Source of the DNA: Methanomicrobiales archaeon
Lineage (GTDB): Archaea; Halobacteriota; Methanomicrobia; Methanomicrobiales; JACTUA01
Assembly: GCA_034679905.1 (NCBI GenBank)
Contig: JAXDAH010000027.1
Location: forward strand, 1 to 44,861
Reading direction: 5' to 3'
DNA: 44,861 nucleotides
In this document: one piece after another, positions 28,079 to 36,753 of the stretch
Layout of the letters: the number at the start of each line of letters is the position of its first letter
Position numbering within the stretch: position 1 is the first letter of the stretch
The notes under the pieces: model-generated
What the model saw: only the letters and a program-made list of their open reading frames with translations
Told to the model about the DNA's origin: nothing
Database searches by the model: none
Made by a program: the position numbers and the translations under genes

Positions 28079-29002
28079 TCAACGCCTCTTCCCGGAGGCC
28101 AGCCCCCCGCCCGCCACGATCGCGATGCAGAGCAGGCCCACGACGCTGAACATGAGGAGCCCGCCCGGTGAGAAGAAGAGATCCCCGTACCCGCCCCCGA
28201 TGCCCAGGCTCGCGCCCAGTTGCGGGACGATCACGATATTCGCCGCGTGGGCCAGGCTCGGGGCCCAGACACTCTCCGCCCGCAGCCGCAGCCAGCCGAG
28301 CACGATGGAGAAGAGGATCAGGTAGACGGGGAAGAACATCAGGCTCACCAGCCCGTGCTCGTTGGGCAGGTAGCCCGCCAGTAGCATGGGAAACTGCCAG
28401 ACGCCCCAGATCGCGCCGGTTGTCAGGGCCGCCAATAGCGGGATGTCGCTGAACAGGCGGACCTGCAGGTACCCCCGCCAGCCGAACTCCTGGCCGAAGA
28501 AGAGCGGCGTCAGGATGAGGGCGTTCAGGATAAGCGCCCCGTACCGGGGCGCATCCAGGAGCTCCTCAAGGCTCAACCGAGGCAGGGACAGCGCGGGTAC
28601 TGCCTCGCCGAGCAGGAGAGAGAGTGCCAGGATCCCCGCAAGAACGAGGAACGGCCAGAACCAGGCGAAGAGGTAATAGGGTCCGGCCTGCCGCAGGTTG
28701 ACCGCGAGGGCGGCGTCGGCAAAACCCTCCCGCGTCACCACGAGGCGGACGACGGTCGCCGCGATCGCCGGCGCAAATGCCCCCGCGATGAACGCCAGCT
28801 GCGCGATGTCGCTCGATGCGGGGATCTGGAGCAGCCAGAGGGAGATCCAGAGGGCCCAGGCGATCCCGAAGGCGAGGAGGAGGTAGGCGGCGATGCCTCT
28901 TCTCACCGTTCGTCGCAGCGAGGGAATTTTACGCCTGCGCGGGGTGGCCAGCGTCGAGAGTGCTGGTATCGGCGATTCCATCACGACCTCTGCAGCTCCC
29001 AT
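28079..29002 (-). CDS. CPBP-family intramembrane glutamic endopeptidase (CAAX-protease-like)
   Basis: FFGQEFGWRGYL (EExxxR-type motif 1), WGVWQFP, and SLAHAANI (motif with His). Polytopic membrane protein. Confidence 0.75.
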   Translation of the reverse strand: MGAAEVVMESPIPALSTLATPRRRKIPSLRRTVRRGIAAYLLLAFGIAWALWISLWLLQIPASSDIAQLAFIAGAFAPAIAATVVRLVVTREGFADAALAVNLRQAGPYYLFAWFWPFLVLAGILALSLLLGEAVPALSLPRLSLEELLDAPRYGALILNALILTPLFFGQEFGWRGYLQVRLFSDIPLLAALTTGAIWGVWQFPMLLAGYLPNEHGLVSLMFFPVYLILFSIVLGWLRLRAESVWAPSLAHAANIVIVPQLGASLGIGGGYGDLFFSPGGLLMFSVVGLLCIAIVAGGGLASGKRR

Positions 29003-29174
29003 GGTGAATGCACGGGATACGGATTAGGTTTACGCGCTCCCGCACGAGGATGGCGTCGGGCCGTACTGTCGTGCGGGAACGGTTGCCCCCGGAGGGGCAT
29101 CATCCCGATTCGCCAGGGGCGGTAGAGCCCCTGCATTCCCGGGATCCGGCTTCAAGACCGGGAGGCACCGTCCA

Positions 29175-29223
29175 CTTATAAAATAAATTTATAAGCAATT
29201 AACCTTATAATATATTATTATAG
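29175..29223. promoter_or_regulatory. Extremely AT-rich divergent promoter tract with three TTATAA hexamers
   Basis: CTTATAAAATAAATTTATAAGCAATTAACCTTATAATATATTATTATAG. TTATAA occurs at 29176, 29189 and 29205. The tract lies between the divergent CPBP (start 29002) and SatD (start 29263) genes. Confidence 0.35.
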
Positions 29224-29262
29224 CTCTGCGTCGCCATTCCGGGCGGCGTCGAAGGGGCGGAT

Positions 29263-29970
29263 ATGGAGCACGATCCTGCGCAGCGGCTCTACGCGATCCT
29301 GACGGGAGATCTCGTCGGGTCCTCCCGCTACAGCGCCTCGATGAGGACCGGGGTGCTGCAGCACCTGGAGACCACCCTCTCCCGAATGCGGCAGTTCTAT
29401 GCCGCCCGGATGCCGCCCTCGCGTGGATCGACCGTTCGGGCGTCTGCCGACTATTATCTCTTTCGGGGGGACAGCTTCCAGGTGTACCTGCCCCTCCCGA
29501 AATTCGGGCTGGAAGCCGCCCTGTTCATCCGCACGAGACTGCTCTCGGCGGATTTTTCGAGCCGGCTGGATGCACGCATCGCCGTCGGCATCGGTAGAAT
29601 TTCGTACTTCGCCGACCAGCTCGAACGGATGGACGGCGAGGCCTTCCGGCTCTCGGGGACCGCTCTCGAGCAACTGGAGAGGACGCAGCGGCACCTGCTC
29701 GTGCAGACGCCCTGGACGAACGCCAACGCGGAACTGAGCGTGGAATGCGCACTGTTGGACGAGCTCATGGAGCGGTGGACGGAGAGGCAGGCCGCCGCCG
29801 TCTTCTACCGCATCACGGAAGAGAGCCAGTCCCGGGCTGCCGAGATGCTCGGGATCACCCAGCCTGCCGTCTCCCAGCAGCTGCGGGCGGCGGGTTTCTC
29901 CGCCGTGCGGGAGTTCCTGGAGCGGTTCGAGTCGCTCGTCCCCGAGTACTGCGGAGATGCGATGCCCTGA
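29263..29970 (+). CDS. SatD-family protein
   Basis: LYAILTGDLVGSSRY..., FRGDSFQVYL, ARIAVGIGRI (a degenerate cyclase-like core), and a C-terminal HTH SQSRAAEMLGITQPAVSQQLRAAG. Followed by a DUF3307-like gene, as in sat loci. Confidence 0.7.
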   Translation: MEHDPAQRLYAILTGDLVGSSRYSASMRTGVLQHLETTLSRMRQFYAARMPPSRGSTVRASADYYLFRGDSFQVYLPLPKFGLEAALFIRTRLLSADFSSRLDARIAVGIGRISYFADQLERMDGEAFRLSGTALEQLERTQRHLLVQTPWTNANAELSVECALLDELMERWTERQAAAVFYRITEESQSRAAEMLGITQPAVSQQLRAAGFSAVREFLERFESLVPEYCGDAMP

Positions 29971-30288
29971 GTGGATCGGCAGAGAATCCGGCCCTGTAGA
30001 CGAAGCTCTCCGGCGTATTTTTGCACCTATCCCGCGGCCAATCCATCGATGATCTGGATGCTCCGCGGCCCGTTCCGGGCCGCCCTCTCCCCCGGTGCGG
30101 GGAGGGGAATCGTGCGATAGGCCTATCTGGTGAATACCGAGGAGAAGCCTCTCTATCGCACGAAGGGCCAGGGGGGCGAGCCCCCTCCCCGGAGAATACC
30201 AGATGGCCGCCGCCATGCTCTGGAGGCTGATCTCGACAGAACCGAGAATCCGACACCTTTTAGCCCCGGTACACCCAAGCTCACTCCC

Positions 30289-30712
30289 ATGGTGTTTGCC
30301 ATCGGGAGCGGCAGCGAGGCGATCCTCGCCCCCCTGCAGGCGCCCTTCTCCCCCGTGCACGTCTTCGTCCTCCTGGCCGCCTATCTCCTGGTCGTCTGGC
30401 CCAGCGGTCTCCTGATCGGGCGGATCATCCGGAGGTGGAAACGGGCGCCCCCTGCTGCCGCCCCGGACCACCTGCAGAGCCTGGATAAAGCCGGGCGGTG
30501 GATCGGCTACCTGGAACGGATCCTCATCCTGACGTTCATCCTCCTCCAGGAGTACACGGCCATCGGGTTCCTGGTGACGGCCAAATCTATATTCCGCTTC
30601 GAGGCCACACGGCAGGAGGGGGGAGTACATCCTGCTCGGGACGCTGCTCAGTTTCAGCGTCGCCATCCTCGCGGGAGTCCTGGCAGATGCGGTTCTCTCT
30701 CTCGTCTCCTGA
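30289..30712 (+). pseudogene. DUF3307-like (SatE-like) membrane protein with a frameshift in a G6 run
   Basis: The frame from ATG 30289 reads ...GRWIGYLERILILTFILLQEYTAIGFLVTAKSIFRFEATRQEG and then turns nonsensical. The next frame continues EYILLGTLLSFSVAILAGVLADAVLSLVS and stops at 30710-30712. The switch point is GGGGGG at 30618-30623. Confidence 0.65.
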
Positions 30713-30743
30713 AAAGAGAGCCGCCCTCATCCCTGTCGAGCCG

Positions 30744-31454
30744 ATGGCCCCGAGGCTGGAGGGGTATGTCGGAGGGGGGCATAAAGTGCGGCAGGCACCC
30801 CGGCACGATGGAAACGAAACAGTAGATGTACACGCAAGAACCCTGCTCTCCCTCGGTAGCACTCCCTCGGGAGGTGGCGATACGGTAAACGGTAGAACCC
30901 ATGTCTACCCCGCATCCCGCGCCGCCCTGCTGGACAACTGGGTGCGGCGGCTGGTGCACCCACCGGGGAGGATCCTCAGGGCTTATATCCGCCCGGGGAA
31001 CGTGGTGCTGGATATCGGATGCGGCTCCGGATTCTTCGCACGGGCGATGGCCAGGATGGTAGGAGATGCGGGGAGGGTGATCGCCGTCGACCTCCAGGAG
31101 GAGATGCTGCGGAGGGTGCAGGAGTCGGCCAAAAAAGAGGGTCTTCTGCCCCGCATCCGTCTGCATACGGCCAGGGCGGATACCCTGGATCTCTCCGCAC
31201 GAGGGTGTGCCGATTTTGCCCTGGCCTTCTACGTGGTCCACGAGGTCCCGGACGCGGAGAGGCTGCTGCAGGAGATCGCCGCCCTCCTCGTGCCGGGGGG
31301 GCGACTGCTCGTCGTCGAGCCCAAGGGGGAGGTCTCCGCAACAGCGTTCGAGCGGATGGTACAATCCGCTCACTCCGCCGGGTTCCGCGCCGCGCACCGC
31401 CCGAAGGTGCTGCTCAGCCGGGCGGTGGTGCTCCGGAAGGTGGAGACGCGCTGA
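30744..31454 (+). CDS. Class I SAM-dependent methyltransferase
   Basis: VVLDIGCGSGFFARAMA (motif I), VIAVDLQEEML, FALAFYVVHEVPD, LLVPGGRLLVVEP. The start is uncertain, because no canonical start lies between ATG 30744 and the conserved core. Confidence 0.75.
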   Translation: MAPRLEGYVGGGHKVRQAPRHDGNETVDVHARTLLSLGSTPSGGGDTVNGRTHVYPASRAALLDNWVRRLVHPPGRILRAYIRPGNVVLDIGCGSGFFARAMARMVGDAGRVIAVDLQEEMLRRVQESAKKEGLLPRIRLHTARADTLDLSARGCADFALAFYVVHEVPDAERLLQEIAALLVPGGRLLVVEPKGEVSATAFERMVQSAHSAGFRAAHRPKVLLSRAVVLRKVETR

Positions 31455-31548
31455 GGGAGAGTATCGTAACCGTGCCAGTCCTGCCACTTCCAGGCCATCG
31501 GGAGCATTCGGAACAGACCGGAGACAATCGCGGAAGCGCCCTCACCCC

Positions 31549-32064
31549 CTACAACAGCTGCTGGAGCTCCTCGGTCAGCGCCTCCGCCTCCTTCGGCCTC
31601 CCGATGTACCAGGCCCGCGAGTCCTGGAACACCGCGATCTTCCAGGCTGCATCCTCCCGTACGGCTACGATGGTCTGGATGGAGTTGCGCTGCACGTCCA
31701 GGTCCCTCTGGCCTCCCGGTACCGTTCCCCCGACCGCGTGCATCACGGCAACGTCGGGGGTGAGAAACCGCACGCTCCGCACTTTGCCCACCCGGCGGGA
31801 GCCCGGAACGTACAGGTCGAGGATCTGCTGGTGGAATCGGGCGACCTCCCCCCGCCCCTTCAGGTAGGTGCCGTCGAACCCCACAAAATCGGCATCCTCT
31901 GCAAAAGGGGCGGCGAAGCCCTCGCCGCTGCCCCGGTTCCAGCCCTCCACCAGCTGGGCGTGCAGGTCGCGAATCGCCGCTTCGTCCGGGGAATAGGGTG
32001 TGTGAGCCTGGCCTGCCTCTGCGTCCATGGCTCTCCCCAGGCTCTTATACGTATTAAACTGCAT
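31549..32064 (-). CDS. SgcJ/EcaC-like NTF2-fold protein (DUF4440 type)
   Basis: DEAAIRDLHAQLVEGWNRGSGEGFAAPFAEDADFVGFDGTYLKGRGEVARFHQQI...WKIAVFQDS. The start may be the internal ATG at 32028. Confidence 0.7.
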   Translation of the reverse strand: MQFNTYKSLGRAMDAEAGQAHTPYSPDEAAIRDLHAQLVEGWNRGSGEGFAAPFAEDADFVGFDGTYLKGRGEVARFHQQILDLYVPGSRRVGKVRSVRFLTPDVAVMHAVGGTVPGGQRDLDVQRNSIQTIVAVREDAAWKIAVFQDSRAWYIGRPKEAEALTEELQQLL

Positions 32065-32189
32065 CGCCGGAACCCGTTCTTCCCCCAGGGCTGGAGGGCC
32101 GGCGGAAGAGCCGCTGATCCGCAGAGGATTTTTCAGAGAGGCATCGGCAGAACCATCGTCGGCGGTCTGCCAGCCATGCGAACCTGCAT

Positions 32190-32888
32190 TCAGTAGCCGG
32201 GGAAGACCTCTCTTTGTATACGGTCCTGCGGTATGCCCAGCATCCTGAGCGCTCCCGACAGATCGGCGACGAGGGACGGAGGCCCGGATACGTAAAAGAT
32301 TCGCTCCCGGTAATCCGGGATCTCTTCTTCGATCGCCTCAGAACTGACATGGCCCCGCCTCCCCTCCCAGGCGTCGTCCGGGCGTGACAGGCAATGGACG
32401 ACTTTCAGGAGCGCGTTCCTCCTCTCCAGTTCGGCCAGTTCCCCGCGGAAGATGATGTTCTCTTCGCTGCGGCTCCCATACAGGAGCGTGATCCGGGACG
32501 TGAGCCCCCTGTCCGTGCAGTAGCGGATCATGCTCATCATGGGAGTGATCCCGATCCCCCCCGTGATCATCCCGACCCGGGGATGCTGCCCGCTGAACGT
32601 AAAACGCCCATGCGGCCCCTCTACAGCCGCCCAGTCTCCCGGGCGAAGCGCATCGAGCGCCATCGAGAAGGGGTGGTCGGTGATCCTTTTGGTAAATTCG
32701 ATATAATCCTCTTCCGTGGGGCAGCTCGAGAGGCTGAAGTGCCTGGTCTTCTCCTCCCCGTCGGCCCGGATGGTGACGAAGATCCACTGCCCGGGATCGT
32801 ATACGAACTCCGGCGGCCGCTTGAACCGGAAACTCTTCACGCCTTTCACCCGTATCAGTACCTCCTCGACCTGTGTCTGGAATTGCAT
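32190..32888 (-). CDS. FNR-like FAD/NAD(P)-binding oxidoreductase
   Basis: RHFSLSS (RxYS FAD motif), GPHGRF, MITGGIGITPMMSM (NAD(P) Gly motif), YVSGPP. ATG 32888 was chosen; the ORF-track extension to 33080 is unlikely. Confidence 0.8.
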   Translation of the reverse strand: MQFQTQVEEVLIRVKGVKSFRFKRPPEFVYDPGQWIFVTIRADGEEKTRHFSLSSCPTEEDYIEFTKRITDHPFSMALDALRPGDWAAVEGPHGRFTFSGQHPRVGMITGGIGITPMMSMIRYCTDRGLTSRITLLYGSRSEENIIFRGELAELERRNALLKVVHCLSRPDDAWEGRRGHVSSEAIEEEIPDYRERIFYVSGPPSLVADLSGALRMLGIPQDRIQREVFPGY

Positions 32889-33050
32889 ATGTCCAACACC
32901 CTGCCGGGTGTATAATTGGACCTCAAGCCTGTAGAATCTTCCTCCGGTTGCACCATCCCTCAATCTCCCGGCGGGCAGGCGCATATCCCGGGCCGGAAGG
33001 CCCGGATCGAGCGGTGCGATGAGACCCGGGCATCCCGTGCACCTGCACAG

Positions 33051-33077
33051 TTGGCATCGCAACTGTTGCGATGCCAA
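33051..33077. promoter_or_regulatory. 27-bp perfect palindrome, candidate MarR operator
   Basis: TTGGCATCGCAAC-T-GTTGCGATGCCAA: 13-bp perfect arms around a single central base. It lies 38 nt upstream of the MarR ATG (33115), in the divergent region shared with the FNR-like gene. Confidence 0.5.
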
Positions 33078-33114
33078 CATTCAAGTGGCATTCCGGCCCA
33101 GTAGTTATAGCAGC

Positions 33115-33564
33115 ATGCACCCCGATCTGCCCCTCGGAGCCCTGATCTCCCTCATCAAACGGAACCACATCGTCGCGCTCAATACGCGGCTGAAGCCTCT
33201 CGGCCTCTCCGCCGCCCAGGTCCCCATCCTCCTCTACCTCTCGCGGAAGGAGGGCGTCTCCCAGGAGACGATCGCCCGCTTCTTCCACCTGGACAAGGCG
33301 ACCATCGCCCGCGGAGTGCAGCGTCTCGAAGAGGACGCCTTCGTCTGCCGGCGGGTCGATCCCGACAACCGCCGGGCGTACGGGCTCTTCCTGACAGAGA
33401 AGGGGAAGGGCATCATCGCCGCGATCCTGGAGATCGAGGCCGCCTGGGAGGAGGAGCTCCTCGCCGTCCTCACAGAACCGGAGCGGGAGGATGCGCTCCG
33501 TCTGCTGCGCATGCTCGCCCAACGGAGTCTCGCGATCGCCGGAGCGGACCATGACAGCCCGTGA
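33115..33564 (+). CDS. MarR-family transcriptional regulator
   Basis: LGLSAAQVPILLYLSRKEGVSQETIARFFHLDKATIARGVQRLEEDAFVCRRVDPDNRRAYGLFLTEKG is the canonical MarR wHTH. Confidence 0.85.
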   Translation: MHPDLPLGALISLIKRNHIVALNTRLKPLGLSAAQVPILLYLSRKEGVSQETIARFFHLDKATIARGVQRLEEDAFVCRRVDPDNRRAYGLFLTEKGKGIIAAILEIEAAWEEELLAVLTEPEREDALRLLRMLAQRSLAIAGADHDSP

Positions 33565-34975
33565 GTCCCCGGCCCCTGTACGGGATGAGCGGGTGACCCA
33601 CGGCATCCACCTCCTCCGGGGCGATCCCCGGGTCGCGATCCGCAAGCTCTCCGCTCCCATGATCGTCGCCATGTTCCTGATCGCACTCTACAACCTGGCC
33701 GACGCGATCTGGGTGGCCGGGCTCGGGTCGGACGCGCTCGCCGGCGTGGGATTCATCGCCCCGCTCTTCATGATCCTGATCGGGCTCTCGAACGGGCTCG
33801 GGGCCGGTGCCACCTCGGTGATCGCCCGGCGGATAGGAGCCCGGGACAGGACGGGAGCGGACTGTGCGGCCACCCACTCCCTGGCGATCGTTTTAGCCGC
33901 CTCCGCGGTGCTGATGATCCTCTTCGTCCTCTTCCTCCGCCCCCTGGTGATGCTGCTCGGGGCCGGACCGGTCACGGATCTCGCGGTCGAGTACGGCCAG
34001 ATCGTCTTTCTGGGCACCGTCCTCTTCCTGGGCGTCCAGATGGCCTACGCCATCCTGCGGGCGGAAGGAGATACGAAGCGAACGATGTACGCCATGGCCC
34101 TCTCCTCGGTCCTCAACATCGTCCTGGACCCGATCCTGATCTACGGGGCCGGGATGGGCGTCGCCGGTGCGGCCTGGGCGACCGTCATCTCCATCGCAGC
34201 CGTGATGGGAGTTCTAATCTACTGGTTCGCCGTGAAGCGGGACACCTACGTCCGGCTCTCGGTTCGCGGGATGGCCTTCGATCCCCGCACCTTCCGTCAG
34301 ATCCTGGGGGTGGGTCTCCCGGCAAGCATCGAATTTCTGCTGATGTCGGCGGTGGCGATCCTGATCAACGGCATCCTGGTCACCATCGCGGGGACCGACG
34401 CGGTGGCCATCTACACCTCCGGGTGGCGGATCGTGATGTTCGCCATCGTCCCCCTGATCGGGATCGGCACCTCTCTCGTCACGGTGACCGGCGCCGCCTA
34501 CGGGGCGCGCGAGTACGAGAAGATCCGGGTCGCCCACCAGTACTCGATCGCGATCGGCGTCGCCGTCGCGCTGGCGACGAGCGCCCTCACCTACCTGCTG
34601 GCCCCCCAGATCACCCTGCTCTTCACCTACACCCCGGAGAGCGCCCCCCTCACGGCGGGCTTCGTCCTCTTCTTCCAGACGATGTGCCTCTTCTACCCCT
34701 TCGCACCCCTGGGCATCTTCTCCTCCTCGGTCTTCCAGGGGACCGGCCACGGGATCACCTCGCTCGTCATCAACATCCTGCGGAACCTGGCCTTCATCGC
34801 GATCTTCGCCTACCTGCTGGGCGTCGTCCTCGGGTTCGGGGAGCTCGGCGTCTACCTGGGCATCGTCAGCGGGAACGTCCTGGGCGGGATCGTGGGCTAC
34901 CTGTGGGCACGGGCGTTCATCTCCCGGCTCCTGCGGGTGTATGGCGAAAAACCCCTCCTCGGGGCGACAGATTGA
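33551..34975 (+). CDS. MATE-family multidrug efflux transporter
   Basis: 12 TM helices. N-terminus IRKLSAPMIVAMFLIALYNLADAIWVAGLGSDALAGVG. Its start overlaps the MarR stop by 14 nt, giving an operon. Confidence 0.85.
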   Translation: MTARESPAPVRDERVTHGIHLLRGDPRVAIRKLSAPMIVAMFLIALYNLADAIWVAGLGSDALAGVGFIAPLFMILIGLSNGLGAGATSVIARRIGARDRTGADCAATHSLAIVLAASAVLMILFVLFLRPLVMLLGAGPVTDLAVEYGQIVFLGTVLFLGVQMAYAILRAEGDTKRTMYAMALSSVLNIVLDPILIYGAGMGVAGAAWATVISIAAVMGVLIYWFAVKRDTYVRLSVRGMAFDPRTFRQILGVGLPASIEFLLMSAVAILINGILVTIAGTDAVAIYTSGWRIVMFAIVPLIGIGTSLVTVTGAAYGAREYEKIRVAHQYSIAIGVAVALATSALTYLLAPQITLLFTYTPESAPLTAGFVLFFQTMCLFYPFAPLGIFSSSVFQGTGHGITSLVINILRNLAFIAIFAYLLGVVLGFGELGVYLGIVSGNVLGGIVGYLWARAFISRLLRVYGEKPLLGATD

Positions 34976-35135
34976 GGCGCCCCGCAGGATGAATCAGGCG
35001 AGGCCCCGCCTCCTCGTCGACTCTTCTATCCAGGGCGTATCTCGGTCCAAAAGGCATCGTGAACCGTACGGAGGATGTCCCGGCGGCGAGGCGGCCGCGT
35101 GGCCGGCAGCCCGGATCTCCTCCGATCGGAGCCCT

Positions 35136-35525
35136 TCAGGGAGAGCTGTTCCAGATATCCCAGAGGTTCTTCCAGCCATCCGCCGTCCGTTTCCAGACGA
35201 CGACGTACTTGATCTTCTGCTCCGCGGGCGGCTCGCCGGCAGGACGCACCTCGAGGATCCCCGTCCCCCGCTCCTGGACGTACTCGCCACTGCCAACGAT
35301 CTGCTCCGTGGTCAGCCGGGCCCCCTTCACGCCGGAAGCCATTACCGATCCCCAGAACTCCTCGATTGCCTTCTTCCCCCGGACCATGGCCGCATCCGGG
35401 GGAAATACGACCGAATCTTCCGCATACACGGCTGCCGAGATGGAGGGCTCCCCCTTGACGAAACCTTCTACGAACCGCTGATTCGCTGCATCTATGGCTT
35501 TTTCCACATCTTCCGAAACCATCAC
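35136..35525 (-). CDS. DUF4440 / SnoaL-like (NTF2 fold) protein
   Basis: EKAIDAANQRFVEGFVKGEPSISAAVYAEDSVVFPPDAAMVRGKKAIEEFW...KYVVVWKRTADGWKNLWDIWN. Confidence 0.7.
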   Translation of the reverse strand: MMVSEDVEKAIDAANQRFVEGFVKGEPSISAAVYAEDSVVFPPDAAMVRGKKAIEEFWGSVMASGVKGARLTTEQIVGSGEYVQERGTGILEVRPAGEPPAEQKIKYVVVWKRTADGWKNLWDIWNSSP

Positions 35526-35627
35526 GCAATCCTCCTGCCGACTTCCCTCAAGCCTGCATCGGCGGACTCTAGCATTCCTGGATTATTTAATTATGCTGCC
35601 CGAATATCCGCATGCTTCGCATGGGAA

Positions 35628-35915
35628 TCACCTTGAGGGGGGGCTGCCATATCCCGCGGCGTGGAGGACATCCGCCGCGTATTCCCGCACGGCGGAGACC
35701 GAGGCGGCCTCCACCGCGACGTCGAAGGATTCGGCCAGAAACGCGGTAACATCGGTCAGCGGCTCTACGCCAAACCGGCGGGAAAACTCCTGCACGCGCC
35801 CCGGGATACAGTCATGGGCGGCAGTTATCCGAAAGGAGTGCTGCCGCTCGGCCAGGATGCACCCGACGTTCCCGCAGCCGATCAGCCCGACCGTGAGGGG
35901 GATTGTATTGGGCAT
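35628..35915 (-). pseudogene. nadX: N-terminal fragment of L-aspartate dehydrogenase (3'-truncated)
   Basis: MPNTIPLTVGLIGCGNVGCILAE...DVAVEAASVSAVREYAADVLHAG matches the first ~90 aa of NadX-type enzymes, which are about 260 aa. The frame then ends, and only about 100 nt remain before the next gene. Confidence 0.6.
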
Positions 35916-36014
35916 TCGAACGCACCAGCAACGATTCTTTGGAAAGAAATCGGGCGGGGCGCCCAATTTTCCCGGGTAGCCGCCCCTGCGAGGCAGGACC
36001 TTTAGACTGCAGGA

Positions 36015-36686
36015 TCACCGGAAGTAGACTCCCACGTCCTTCAGACCGTTGTTCATGGCCAGGGTGATCACGAGAGGCGTGATGCTCTCGACGATGCACG
36101 ACATGCACAGCGGTCCGCCGTCGAGGGGCTGCAGCTTCGAGACGCTGGACACGAGATCCTTGACAGCTGCCTTGGCGTCCGTGTCGTTACCGCAGATGAC
36201 GACGCTGTAGTCCAGATCCTCGTCGAGCTGCATCCACTTGCCGGCAGCGACGTTGTTGAAACCGGTCGTGATCCGGGCAGATTCGGGGAGCAGCTGCTGG
36301 ATCGCGAGCGCGGCCGACGTCTCGGCAGGGCGGTCGTGGAGGAAGTACTTCTCCTTGGGATAGCGGAGCATCGGGTTGATCAGGGAGATGACGATCTTGT
36401 TCTCGAACTTATCTCCACCGATACTCTGAATGGTGGACTCGATCTTGTCGAACGGCAGCGAGAGGATGATCAGATCCGCATCGCAGCAGTCGGCGTTGGA
36501 TCCGCCGGTACAGGACGAACCCCTGATGCCGCGCTCCTTGAGGGCGTCGTTGACGCCCTGTGCGGCGACGTCTGCTTTCGCAGGGTCGCGGGAGCCGATG
36601 ATCACGTCGTATTTTCCGCCGATGCAGATGCGGCGTGCGAGCCCTTCGCCGATGTTTCCCGTGCCGCCCATAATTCCTACTTTCAT
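36015..36686 (-). CDS. npdG: NADPH-dependent F420 reductase (NpdG family)
   Basis: MKVGIMGGTGNIGEGLARRI...IIGSRDPAKA...ICGNDTDAKAAVKDLVSSVSKLQPLDGGPL. ATG 36686 is preceded by AAGGAGAT. Confidence 0.8.
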   Translation of the reverse strand: MKVGIMGGTGNIGEGLARRICIGGKYDVIIGSRDPAKADVAAQGVNDALKERGIRGSSCTGGSNADCCDADLIILSLPFDKIESTIQSIGGDKFENKIVISLINPMLRYPKEKYFLHDRPAETSAALAIQQLLPESARITTGFNNVAAGKWMQLDEDLDYSVVICGNDTDAKAAVKDLVSSVSKLQPLDGGPLCMSCIVESITPLVITLAMNNGLKDVGVYFR

Positions 36687-36753
36687 GCGTATCTCCTTTG
36701 AGTATGTTTCAACCTTGGAACGGGTGCGTAATAAAAAAATCGGGTGTGTGTGT

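Noticed and set aside
29218-30666. 482-aa minus-strand ORF
   Set aside because: It is antisense to SatD and DUF3307, which both have recognisable family signatures. The translation is low complexity.
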